A DNA stretch of 64,000 bases from the IMG/VR virus record IMGVR_UViG_3300014203_000012, positions 32,001-96,000 of that record; one strand, written 5' to 3'. Origin of the DNA: a virus. Taxonomy: Duplodnaviria; Caudoviricetes. The notes beneath the pieces were generated by a model. The model was not told the origin of the DNA and did no database searches. It saw only the letters and a list, made by a program, of their open reading frames with translations. Both the position numbers and the translations under genes were made by a program. The number at the start of each line of letters is the position of its first letter. The stretch's first letter is position 1. Positions 47,744-57,417 of this stretch are shown piece after piece.

Positions 47744-50011
47744 CTAGTCGTTATTATCTTCTTTACTACCTAATGATTTAACGTTTTTGTCATTCCACTC
47801 GACTTTAATCTTATATCTTAGTCTTGAATCTTGAGCTTGCAATTTTTTCTTAATAAGAAGAAGTTCTCTAATACGTTTCATATCTTTCTTATCTTCAGCC
47901 ATTGTAATATATTTATCTATCATAACAAGTTCAACTTCTAATTCATCTAATACTAATTGGCGCTCTTTTGTTCTTATCTTAGAATTCATAGCAAACCTAC
48001 CAAGTAGCATAATAAGAGCAACCGCTGGATGTATCAACCAAGCGACACCTGCAGTAGTTATAGCCATTTTAATAACCTTAGAAGCAGATGGTAAAATATC
48101 GCCACGAATAACAGCCTCTCTATTTTCCATAGTCATAGCTTTTTCAATACTTCTTGAAACCATAGTACATGCAGAATCTATACCTCTAGACATAATCTTT
48201 TCTTTATCTGAAAGATTGCTCACAACATTAGCTAGTTTTTGAGTAACTAGTTTGAGATTACTGGTAATGCTTAATTCATTTATACACTTTACGTATAAAT
48301 TTATAGATTCGGTGTAACTGTAAAGATCATTCAATCCTGCAAATAATCCCTCATCATCGTCTGCTAAAATATTATCACCAAGATCAATTCCTTTTAAGTC
48401 GATGGAGTTAAGTTTAGAAATGCTTTCAGCATAACAATTAATCTTATTATAATTAATAAGATCTTTAGAAGCCATCTTATCTGCAAACTCTAATGCTTCT
48501 ACAAATTTATCTCTATTTAACATATCTGGATATTTGACACAGAATTCTGTAAGGAAATCTACATCTTCAAGTTGCATATTAAGAATAGTTTCGCTGGCAA
48601 ATAGAGTATTCTCATTAGCGATTTGATCCCATTTAATTGAAGCGATCGCAGATTCTATAACAACTATATCAGTTGCTATACTTTTAGTTTCTTCGTCGAA
48701 GTTCATATTAAAATCAAATTCATCATTTTTATTAGAATACCCAGAAGGTCTGCTATCCCAGCTTTTCTTTTCATCGTCACCACGAAGACCATCAGAATGA
48801 CTCTCTAAACTATCAATACTTTTATCTAATTGTTTTAGATACTCTTCAAGTCTAGCTTTTTTCTTTTCATCCTTACATTTATCTATCTTCCTAGCGACAG
48901 AATCTCTGTTCTTATACCATACTTTAATAACGTCGTTCATGTATTTACGCTCAGCTATAAAGTTTATAGTTTTTGCAACAACTGCTGCAAATATACCAGC
49001 ATACACTCCAACCGATATACCTCCAACTATACACAAAAAATAAAAAGCTATTGATAGAAGGTTCTTAGTCCCATCTACTATATTATTATCCTTATTAACT
49101 ACAAGAATATTAATAAGTAATTGTCTAAAAACTTCTGGACTTTTTGAAGGGATCATCTTGAACTTATCTATCATTTCTTTAGTTCTGTCTTTGATAGAAG
49201 CTTCCAATATAGAATCAAATGTTTCTTCATTAACTGGTTCTGTTGTTGATTTATGTAGTTGGTCGATGTAACATGCATCTTCATTAGTAAAGAATCTATT
49301 CTGTTTAACAGTTTCTCCTAGAATGCATAATAACTCTTTAGATGAATCTTCTCGGTTCATATGAGTATTAAGAAAATAATCAGTTACAGTTTCCACTATT
49401 GTTTCGGATGTAGCTTTAACGTTATTCTTAGAAAAAGTAAATAGTACTTCTTCTAGTGCTACGCTATATTTAGAATTTACGCCCATTTTATAAGTATCTA
49501 CAAAAGAGCAAAGTTCGTAGATAGTATCAACGATACTATCACCATATGCGTGTTCTCTTACATAAGAATCAATATTAAATCTTTTGGAAATCATAATATG
49601 ATTCTTAATCATCCTATCACAATGAGTAGATTCTTCTATCCTACTTAAAATCGAATATAAGCAAGACTTTTTACCTTTAGTTGCTTCTTTAATTTTAGTA
49701 ATAATACTTGGTTTAAGCAATGCTGGTTCGTCTAATGAAAAAATAATATTTTCATTAATTCTATTGGCAATCATATCAAGGTGCTGAGACGTTCCTTTTT
49801 TCGAAACGATATCAACTAGTTCTAAAACCTTATTTAGTGATTTTCCAATATCTTCTGAATATGCTGCCCACCGTTCTACAGACTCCCTTATATTCTCAAA
49901 ATTATAATTTTCTTTATAAGATTGATATAAAGGGTACGGTATAGATCCCCTAAATGGTTTTGTTCGGCGATAACGTTTAGTCAAATCTAATGTAGAAATG
50001 CATTGCTTCAT
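47744..50011 (-). CDS. Large inner-head / virion protein
   Basis: 755 aa with several INE/LEA/TES processing-like sites; in the head cluster; AACT-N6-TA at 50039-50050. Confidence 0.55.
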   Translation of the reverse strand: MKQCISTLDLTKRYRRTKPFRGSIPYPLYQSYKENYNFENIRESVERWAAYSEDIGKSLNKVLELVDIVSKKGTSQHLDMIANRINENIIFSLDEPALLKPSIITKIKEATKGKKSCLYSILSRIEESTHCDRMIKNHIMISKRFNIDSYVREHAYGDSIVDTIYELCSFVDTYKMGVNSKYSVALEEVLFTFSKNNVKATSETIVETVTDYFLNTHMNREDSSKELLCILGETVKQNRFFTNEDACYIDQLHKSTTEPVNEETFDSILEASIKDRTKEMIDKFKMIPSKSPEVFRQLLINILVVNKDNNIVDGTKNLLSIAFYFLCIVGGISVGVYAGIFAAVVAKTINFIAERKYMNDVIKVWYKNRDSVARKIDKCKDEKKKARLEEYLKQLDKSIDSLESHSDGLRGDDEKKSWDSRPSGYSNKNDEFDFNMNFDEETKSIATDIVVIESAIASIKWDQIANENTLFASETILNMQLEDVDFLTEFCVKYPDMLNRDKFVEALEFADKMASKDLINYNKINCYAESISKLNSIDLKGIDLGDNILADDDEGLFAGLNDLYSYTESINLYVKCINELSITSNLKLVTQKLANVVSNLSDKEKIMSRGIDSACTMVSRSIEKAMTMENREAVIRGDILPSASKVIKMAITTAGVAWLIHPAVALIMLLGRFAMNSKIRTKERQLVLDELEVELVMIDKYITMAEDKKDMKRIRELLLIKKKLQAQDSRLRYKIKVEWNDKNVKSLGSKEDNND

Positions 50012-50120
50012 TATACGATCCTCTCCTTTTAATTCGTTTAATATAAAGTTTGATGTTTCTTTATTGCATTAGGTACAATACAAAAAATAAAGGCATCTCA
50101 TATGAGATGCCTTATATTAA

Positions 50121-50288
50121 TTATGCGTATCGCTTATAAATTTCTTCATACTCGCTTGTAACTTCTTTAAATCCAAGAGTTTCAAGTAATTCGCAAAGAA
50201 TCCCATCAGCTTCTAGATGATTATCTTCTGGTTCTTCACCATTTGTTTGTAACTCTTTTAATTTAACAATAGCTTCTTCTTTTGTCAT
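50121..50288 (-). CDS. Small hypothetical protein (55 aa, not in the ORF track)
   Basis: MTKEEAIVKLKELQ...HLEADGILCELLETLGFKEVTSEYEEIYKRYA; AAGGAG RBS; terminator at ~50090-50113. Confidence 0.65.
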   Translation of the reverse strand: MTKEEAIVKLKELQTNGEEPEDNHLEADGILCELLETLGFKEVTSEYEEIYKRYA

Positions 50289-50293
50289 TATAA

Positions 50294-51349
50294 TTACTCC
50301 TTATTTTTTACAAATTTTATATTCTCACCCAAACCTTTAGTTCTAATAGCTTCAGGTTCTGGATATCCTCCAGAATTTTTAAATTTATCAGATAATATTT
50401 TTTGGGTGCGATCCTTCTCTTCTTGGGTCGTATTTTCAGTTCTTGCTCTTATTTCATCACCAGAATCGTTTTCGAACGGGATCTCAGTCGTGGATATTTC
50501 ATTGCCTTCTTTATCTACAACTTTAAGCCCAAATGGAGCAGTACCATTTACAATACTATACCAATGTGATAATAGGCATTTAGTAATAGGGCCATTACAA
50601 TATTCTATTTGAAGTTTGGCTTCGTACTGTAGCCATTTCCACGCATCTTCTTTAAGTTCAAGGAAACGATTACAATCTTTAGATACCCAATCTGGATCTA
50701 AAAGTTCTTTCAATATAATATCACTTATGCTTGAAAGAATACAGGGGTTTGGGACACATTGATCGAATGCTCGTGATATGCGTAACCCATCTAATCCATC
50801 TGGATTTGGCCCTTTATACTTTTTTAATTTTGTGGATTTGTGTAGGTTTGTTTGTACAGGTTTATCATCTTTATCTACAACTTTAAGACCAAACGGAACA
50901 ACTCCATTAACAATAGATCGCATATGTGTCGCGACATCATCACTCATCATACCAGGATTGTCTAGTTCTTTTACAGCTTCTTTTTTCAACCAATTCCAAG
51001 TATCCTCGCTGATAGTATTAAACCTGGATTCGTATTGAGGGTATAGAAGATCACTAAACTTAATTATCTTAGCAGGTCCCGTTAATCCATTCCAATTTTT
51101 AATAAATTCCCATCCAATATAACCAGCTTGAAATCCAGTAATACCACCTTGTTTAGAATTATCCATAGCAGTTGCAGCACCAATCGCAGCTGCAGTTAAA
51201 GCGTGACAAATCGTTCCGTAATCATGCGAATATCCATTTGCCAATTTATCACAAAATTCTGGTAAGGTTTCAAGTGTTTGAATCTTTGCTTCGACATACC
51301 ATTTTTCTTGAACATTGTCTTCTTCCTTAATATCAATTTTTTCAGTCAT
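50294..51349 (-). CDS. Hypothetical protein with an internal domain duplication
   Basis: ATG at 51349 after AGGAGG; W.WL..EA...H..SIVNG..PFGLKVVDK occurs twice. Confidence 0.7.
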   Translation of the reverse strand: MTEKIDIKEEDNVQEKWYVEAKIQTLETLPEFCDKLANGYSHDYGTICHALTAAAIGAATAMDNSKQGGITGFQAGYIGWEFIKNWNGLTGPAKIIKFSDLLYPQYESRFNTISEDTWNWLKKEAVKELDNPGMMSDDVATHMRSIVNGVVPFGLKVVDKDDKPVQTNLHKSTKLKKYKGPNPDGLDGLRISRAFDQCVPNPCILSSISDIILKELLDPDWVSKDCNRFLELKEDAWKWLQYEAKLQIEYCNGPITKCLLSHWYSIVNGTAPFGLKVVDKEGNEISTTEIPFENDSGDEIRARTENTTQEEKDRTQKILSDKFKNSGGYPEPEAIRTKGLGENIKFVKNKE

Positions 51350-51374
51350 ATTAATTCCTCCTAATATTTTTATT

Positions 51375-51767
51375 TTATAGACTAATATTAAAATCTTTGA
51401 TATTTTTTCCATCAGATCTATGTGATCTAGGAATTTTATCATTTTTATGAAATTCAAGAAGTTTTATTATAAATGACGCATCTTTACCTTTATATTTACT
51501 ATCATATGGACAAACCTGTTTTACTACAATTTCTCGATCTGTAATACTAATTTCCGCACCTATGTATATGTGAGAAAATCCAGATTGTTTATATAAAATA
51601 TCTATACCTCTTATAGTTGTTTTATAAATAGTACCGATAACTACTTCCCATATAATACGGATAGTAGGCTCGTTTTGGCATAGACTTGGTAGCCCTTCAA
51701 AATTTTTCAATACTTTAACGGTATCCTCTAAATTCTCATCGGTTAAAATAATAGTTCTGTTTTCCAT
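51375..51767 (-). CDS. Hypothetical protein
   Basis: ATG at 51767 after AGGGGG. Confidence 0.55.
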   Translation of the reverse strand: MENRTIILTDENLEDTVKVLKNFEGLPSLCQNEPTIRIIWEVVIGTIYKTTIRGIDILYKQSGFSHIYIGAEISITDREIVVKQVCPYDSKYKGKDASFIIKLLEFHKNDKIPRSHRSDGKNIKDFNISL

Positions 51768-51786
51768 AATAATTCCCCCTAATATT

Positions 51787-51912
51787 TTATAAATTTTCAT
51801 TCCAATTTTCAAGAGCTTCTAATTGTGCAATAGTAAATGAATCTTTATTGCTGTCACTCAAACATACTTGGATCATTAATTTAATAAGAACTTTTTCTTC
51901 TTCGGTATACAT
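51787..51912 (-). CDS. Small hypothetical protein (41 aa)
   Basis: AGGAGG RBS; first ORF after the early promoter at 51955-51967. Confidence 0.5.
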   Translation of the reverse strand: MYTEEEKVLIKLMIQVCLSDSNKDSFTIAQLEALENWNENL

Positions 51913-52009
51913 TATATATTTCCTCCTTAAGATGCAATTATATTATTGCTCATCTTTATAATATATAACTCAAAGAAGATTACGGTATAACTTAGTTATA
52001 CCGTATATA

Positions 52010-53149
52010 TTATTTACAAGCATAAGTAGATTTAGTATCAGCCAAATACATTATAAATCTTTTTCTTAGAATAATATTATCCCATAATAAAGATATATTA
52101 CTTAAACTAGATATTAAAGTAAGAGTAGTATATGGCGCAGATGATGTAAATCCTAATTGACCATTATAATTATTACCAAATGACTTTACGGTACTATCAT
52201 TTAATAATACTAAAGAATGCCCCATACCACATGATATTTGTTTTATATTAGTTAAACTAGAGATTAGTATAGGAGTAGATTGCGGAGTAACTTTATTACC
52301 TAATCCTAATTCACCGTATTGATTATCACCAAATCCCATTAATGTACTATCATTTAGTAATACTAAACAATGAGATTGACCACATGCTATTTGGTTTACG
52401 TTAGTCAAACTAGGTATTAACGTAGGAGCGAGATATGTCGTAGTATTTCCTAAACCTAATTGGCCATAACCATTCTGCCCACATGATTTTACAGTACCAT
52501 CGTTTAGTAATACTAAAGAATGATTACCACCACATGCTATTTGTTTTACGTTACTTAGACTAGATATTAAAGTAGGAGTAGTATATGGAGTAGTGATGTT
52601 ACCTAAGCCTAATTGCCCATTAGTATTCATACCAAATGATTTTACTGTACCATCATTTAGTAATGCTAAAGAATGACTACCACCACATGATATTTGTTTT
52701 ACGTTAGATAGACTAGGTATTAATGTAGGAGTAGTATATCCTACATTAGTATTGCCCAATCCCAATTGACCATATGTATTCTGCCCACATGCTTTTACTG
52801 TACCATCATTTAATAAAACTAAAGAATGATAACCGCCGCATGCTATTTGTTTTATGCTACTCAGCCCAGATATTAACGTAGGAGTATTATATGGTGATGT
52901 AGTATTACCTAAACCTAATTGACCATTATAATTATTACCAAATGACTTTACGGTACTATCATTTAATAATACTAAAGAATGTTGGGCTCCACATGATATT
53001 TGTTTTACGTTAGATAAATTAGGTATTAATGTAGGAGTACTAATTGGGTTGACTACATTACCTAAACCTAATTGTCCTTGATCGTTACTACCAAATGCTT
53101 TTATTGTTCCATCATTTAATAAAACTAAAGACTGAGTATTATTTGACAT
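52010..53149 (-). CDS. RCC1/BLIP-II repeat beta-propeller protein, copy 3 (7 repeats)
   Basis: Seven repeats. AACATCTAAGTA promoter at 53182-53193. GAGGTG RBS. Confidence 0.9.
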   Translation of the reverse strand: MSNNTQSLVLLNDGTIKAFGSNDQGQLGLGNVVNPISTPTLIPNLSNVKQISCGAQHSLVLLNDSTVKSFGNNYNGQLGLGNTTSPYNTPTLISGLSSIKQIACGGYHSLVLLNDGTVKACGQNTYGQLGLGNTNVGYTTPTLIPSLSNVKQISCGGSHSLALLNDGTVKSFGMNTNGQLGLGNITTPYTTPTLISSLSNVKQIACGGNHSLVLLNDGTVKSCGQNGYGQLGLGNTTTYLAPTLIPSLTNVNQIACGQSHCLVLLNDSTLMGFGDNQYGELGLGNKVTPQSTPILISSLTNIKQISCGMGHSLVLLNDSTVKSFGNNYNGQLGFTSSAPYTTLTLISSLSNISLLWDNIILRKRFIMYLADTKSTYACK

Positions 53150-53253
53150 TGCAATCACCTCTTATTTGTTTCTTTTATACTTACTTAGATGTTGGGGTAT
53201 ATTGATATTACAATAAAAAATAAGGCACTTTATACAAGTGCCTTATATATTAA

Positions 53254-53604
53254 TTATTTCATTTTATGCATAAGAGCAGTCTGTTCAGCTAATGATAGGA
53301 ACATAGGTCTAAACCATGCTTCAGGGCAATTATCGTCAATATATTTTAACGCAATTGGTTTTGCAGCAAGTTGAATCATTGCTACTATTGGAGCTAGACC
53401 GTAATCTTTAGCTTTGTCATCCCATCTACATCTAAACTCCTTCATAGATTCGTCTGCTACAATTAGTTTAAATACATCATTGACTTGGGTTTCAAACATC
53501 CCGTTTTTATGTAAGAAGAGCTGTAGCTCTTCCCCTAACGTTAAGTTCTCACCTATCGCTTTTAATTTAATCGTGGTTTGTTTTAATACATTACTTTCAT
53601 TCAT
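53254..53604 (-). CDS. Hypothetical protein
   Basis: 116 aa, GGGAGGG RBS. Confidence 0.6.
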   Translation of the reverse strand: MNESNVLKQTTIKLKAIGENLTLGEELQLFLHKNGMFETQVNDVFKLIVADESMKEFRCRWDDKAKDYGLAPIVAMIQLAAKPIALKYIDDNCPEAWFRPMFLSLAEQTALMHKMK

Positions 53605-53606
53605 AA

Positions 53607-55604
53607 TTAATCCCTCCCAAATCCTATTTTTATTTTATCTAAAGCTTTATTCATATCAGATATATCATCGGAACTTATAGTAAATATTTCATCTGCAGTC
53701 ATATCAATATATTTATTATCTTCTGATAATCTAGTGGCTTGACGCATAATCGCTTGTTCTAACAAAGTACGTACAAATCTACCATTGCCAAAATCTTTAG
53801 TGCTCATCGCAGTAGATATTTGTATTTCTGCAAAAGCTAACGCCTCTTTGGTAAGGGTAAACTTTTCTTTCTTTGCCATATACGATAATAAATGCATAAG
53901 CTCAGTTTTACTATAATTATCAAATTTAATATGAAACCCTATTCTACTCCTAAGACCAGGATTTGTATCTAGAAACTTTTCCATTTTATCTGGATAACCG
54001 GCTAGGATAATTATAGTATCATCTTTAACTTTATCCATTTCTTCTACTAGAGTATTTATTGCTTCATCTCCAAACATACCAGCTTTATAATCGACCAATG
54101 CATATGCTTCATCTATGAATAGAATTCCTCCTTTGGCAGATTTTATAGCAGCTTTAGTTTTTACTGCAGTATGCCCAACATACTCACCTACTAAACTAGA
54201 TCTTCCGACTTCTACGATTTTACCATTTGTTATAATATCACTTTCTTTAAGAATATTTGCTAATAACCTAGCTACTGTTGTTTTAGCAGTTCCTGGATTG
54301 CCATAGAATACCATATGTCTACATAGGGTAGACGTGGATATTCCTTTTTCTAAATATACTTTTTGCATCTTAACGTATGATAGAATTTGATTAACTGTAT
54401 CTTTGACATTACCAAGCCCTATCATACTATTTAATCTTGCCATAGGGTCGAATGATAATCCTTTCTTAATATCAAGGCTATTTATTTTGTTATATCCCAT
54501 AGACATGATAAGATGATTTGTCTTCCATTTAGTATATAGAACTTCTAAATCTGTGGGTGTGTAAACAAGTTCTTTTAATGATTCACCTCCGTACTTTTTA
54601 AATCCATCAGATTTGGCTTTTGTATTTAAAAATTTCATAGCAATTTCAGTATTAACATTCTTAGGTAGTAAAGGAACATATATAATATTATTGTCTTTTG
54701 CAATTCCTAATATATTATCTTTATCATGAAAGTCTTTTACTGAAATAATAGTTAATACAGATGAGGAATATTCTGCACTTAATTGTATTATTTTTTGAAT
54801 AGTGGCTTCTGAAGTTGTTCCTCTAAATCTATTAAGTTCAGGAGTATTTGCATCTTCTATTTTATTAATTTCAAATATTATCGTATTTCCTGTACCTATA
54901 CGATATGCCATATTAAGATCTTTGCTACTAATATCAGAAGCGTCAACAAAATTAACACATACTGATACTCCTCTATTATTTTTATGAAGTGAATGGACTA
55001 ATGCCATTGGAATAGTATGTCTCTCTTCATGTCTTATAACATAATGAACTGGATGACCATGAAACGATTTAAATTTATTAGCCTTTATTCGATTAAGCTC
55101 ATCTGTAAAATCTCCTAATAAATCTATATTATATATAGAATTAATATTTATATCTTCCACTTCAGTGGTCGATGAGTTGTTATTCCCTCTAACTCTTCGC
55201 ATAATAGTTTGTACTGAAGATGAATAATCGTCAATGCCGATTAATTTATTAACCATATCAGAGCCTATAATTTTTATATTATACGAATCGGGATGAACAG
55301 AAAAGGTTGAAAATATGAATTCATCTATATATTTATATACATTTTTATACATAATACTGTATGATGGAGTTGTTTTGTTGTCTATTGTATAAAACGCATA
55401 TACATTAAATTCAGTATTAGTAAAATTGACAGATGATAATATAGGTAGGATATATGCATTCTTATTATACATAGAAATAGAAAGTGCGTCATTGGTAATT
55501 TCTACGACCTCAGGTATATAATTTTTATCAGTAGACCCGTCCTCTTCTAATAATGGGTGTTTGACTGGTTCATTAAATTTTACATGTACTTCAAATAATA
55601 ACAT
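53607..55604 (-). CDS. AAA+ ATPase, CbbX/CfxQ/SpoVK family
   Basis: HMVFYGNPGTAKTT, LVGEYVGHTA, GGILFIDEAY, ILAGY, NPGLRSR, FGNGRFVR. Early promoter at 55645-55657. Confidence 0.88.
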   Translation of the reverse strand: MLLFEVHVKFNEPVKHPLLEEDGSTDKNYIPEVVEITNDALSISMYNKNAYILPILSSVNFTNTEFNVYAFYTIDNKTTPSYSIMYKNVYKYIDEFIFSTFSVHPDSYNIKIIGSDMVNKLIGIDDYSSSVQTIMRRVRGNNNSSTTEVEDININSIYNIDLLGDFTDELNRIKANKFKSFHGHPVHYVIRHEERHTIPMALVHSLHKNNRGVSVCVNFVDASDISSKDLNMAYRIGTGNTIIFEINKIEDANTPELNRFRGTTSEATIQKIIQLSAEYSSSVLTIISVKDFHDKDNILGIAKDNNIIYVPLLPKNVNTEIAMKFLNTKAKSDGFKKYGGESLKELVYTPTDLEVLYTKWKTNHLIMSMGYNKINSLDIKKGLSFDPMARLNSMIGLGNVKDTVNQILSYVKMQKVYLEKGISTSTLCRHMVFYGNPGTAKTTVARLLANILKESDIITNGKIVEVGRSSLVGEYVGHTAVKTKAAIKSAKGGILFIDEAYALVDYKAGMFGDEAINTLVEEMDKVKDDTIIILAGYPDKMEKFLDTNPGLRSRIGFHIKFDNYSKTELMHLLSYMAKKEKFTLTKEALAFAEIQISTAMSTKDFGNGRFVRTLLEQAIMRQATRLSEDNKYIDMTADEIFTISSDDISDMNKALDKIKIGFGRD

Positions 55605-55662
55605 AATTCATTTCTCCTTTAGTTTTTATTTTATATTGCTCATTTATATAATATATAACTAA

Positions 55663-55713
55663 AAGAAAAGAATATAACGGTATAGCATAATGCTATACCG
55701 TTTATTTTATTTA
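55663..55713. repeat. 51-bp direct repeat, copy 1 (contains terminator)
   Basis: aagaaaagaatataacggtatagcataatgctataccgtttattttattta, identical to 56938-56988. Confidence 0.9.
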
Positions 55714-56858
55714 ATAGCATATACCGATTTAGTATCAGTTCTAAACATTACAAATATATTTCTTAGGATAACTAATAATGTATAATTATCCCATAATAAA
55801 GTTACATTACTTAGATTAGGTATTAAAGTAGGAGTGGTATATGGGGTTACTACGTTACCTAAACCTAATTGTCCATAAGTATTATAACCAAATGCTTTTA
55901 CTGTACCATCATTTAGTAATGCTAATGAATGGAGACTACCACATACTATTTGGTTTACGTTACTTAGACTAGGTATTAAAGTAGGAGTAGTATATGATAT
56001 TGTAGTATTACCTAAACCTAATTCACCATCACTATTATATCCAAATGCTTTTACAGTACCATCGTTTAATAAAACTAAAGAATAATATACCCCTCCTGCT
56101 ATTTGTTTTACATTACTTAGATTAGGTATTAATGTAGGAATGGTACTGTTAGCAGTATTACCTAAACCTAATTGTCCATAATCATTCCTGCCAAATCCTT
56201 TTACTGTACCATCATTTAGTAAAACTAAAGAATGAGCATTACCACATGATATTTGGTTTACGTTAGTTATATTAGGTATTAATGTAGGACTCATATATGG
56301 AGTAGTTACGTTACCTAAACCTAATTGACCTTGAGCATTATAACCAAACGACTTTACTGTACCATTATTTAATAATACTAAAGAATGACTACTACCGCAT
56401 GATATTTGTTTTACGTTAGTTAGACTAGGTATTAGCGTAGGACTAGTAATTGGAGTAGTTACATTACCTAAACCTAATTGACCATTAATATTATAACCAA
56501 ATCCTTTTACTGTACCATCATTAAGTAAAACTAAAGAATGACTATCACCACATACTACTTGTTTTACGTTACTTAGACTAGGTATTAACGTAGGACTATT
56601 TTGTTGTGTGGTATTACCTAAACCTAATTGTCCATTACCATTATAACCAAATACTTTTACTGTACCGTCATTTAGTAAAATTAAAGAATGATTACCTCCA
56701 CATGATATTTGTTTTGCATTACTTAGATTAGGTATTAAAGTAGGAGTAGTAATTGGTGTTGTAGTATTACCTAAACCTAATTGACCTTGAGTATTCATAC
56801 CAAATCCTTTTACTGTACCATCGTTTAGTAAAACTAAAGAATGATAATTTAATCCCAT
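55707..56858 (-). CDS. RCC1/BLIP-II repeat beta-propeller protein, copy 4 (7 repeats)
   Basis: Seven repeats; AACACCTAGATA promoter at 56894-56905. Confidence 0.9.
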   Translation of the reverse strand: MGLNYHSLVLLNDGTVKGFGMNTQGQLGLGNTTTPITTPTLIPNLSNAKQISCGGNHSLILLNDGTVKVFGYNGNGQLGLGNTTQQNSPTLIPSLSNVKQVVCGDSHSLVLLNDGTVKGFGYNINGQLGLGNVTTPITSPTLIPSLTNVKQISCGSSHSLVLLNNGTVKSFGYNAQGQLGLGNVTTPYMSPTLIPNITNVNQISCGNAHSLVLLNDGTVKGFGRNDYGQLGLGNTANSTIPTLIPNLSNVKQIAGGVYYSLVLLNDGTVKAFGYNSDGELGLGNTTISYTTPTLIPSLSNVNQIVCGSLHSLALLNDGTVKAFGYNTYGQLGLGNVVTPYTTPTLIPNLSNVTLLWDNYTLLVILRNIFVMFRTDTKSVYAIK

Positions 56859-56937
56859 TATAAAACACCTCGTATTCTTTTATATTTAATACTTATCTAG
56901 GTGTTGATATATATATATATTTAATACAACAAAATAT

Positions 56938-56988
56938 AAGAAAAGAATATAACGGTATAGCATAATGCTATACCGTTTATTTTATTTA
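56938..56988. repeat. 51-bp direct repeat, copy 2 (contains terminator)
   Basis: Identical to 55663-55713. Confidence 0.9.
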
Positions 56989-57417
56989 CTCAAAACATTC
57001 ATCGTATATTTCACGGCATCTGGTAATATAAGTTTCTAAAGAATCTGTAAAGTAATCTCCATGATACAGCGCAATAACATACTCCTCTAAAGTAGTTGCT
57101 TGGTCGATACCATTCTCGATATAATATCCTAGGTATCTACCAAAATAGCTTGCATAATCTTCAGGTGATTCGAATACTTGATATGGATTACCTTCTGGAC
57201 TCATATCATCTCCAGTAAACCATTCTGGCTGTGGTTTAAATTGTTTTAATCCACCGAAATTATTAGCAACAGTTGCACCCCAATTAGTAAAGTTTCCAGT
57301 CTCGTGTTGCCATTGGGCACGCAACCACCGAGGATCAATATTTGTTAACCCTTTCTTTTCAACTGCTTCTTGAACTGCCATTTTAGCAAGTTCAAAAAAT
57401 TTATCATCTATTGCCAT
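56986..57417 (-). CDS. Peptidoglycan hydrolase, glucosaminidase (GH73-like), catalytic domain only
   Basis: AQWQHETG, NNFGGLK, YQVFESPED, YFTD. Confidence 0.75.
   Translation of the reverse strand: MAIDDKFFELAKMAVQEAVEKKGLTNIDPRWLRAQWQHETGNFTNWGATVANNFGGLKQFKPQPEWFTGDDMSPEGNPYQVFESPEDYASYFGRYLGYYIENGIDQATTLEEYVIALYHGDYFTDSLETYITRCREIYDECFE

Noticed and set aside
4307-56858. RCC1 genes as targets of a diversity-generating retroelement
   Set aside because: There is no reverse transcriptase or non-coding template repeat in the window, and variation includes indels and non-adenine changes across all blades. NNT codons are expected in AT-rich DNA. An RT elsewhere in the genome cannot be excluded.
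52010-56858. CRISPR-like periodic repeats
   Set aside because: The repeats are in-frame ~153-156-bp coding units, not constant repeats with unique spacers, and there are no cas genes
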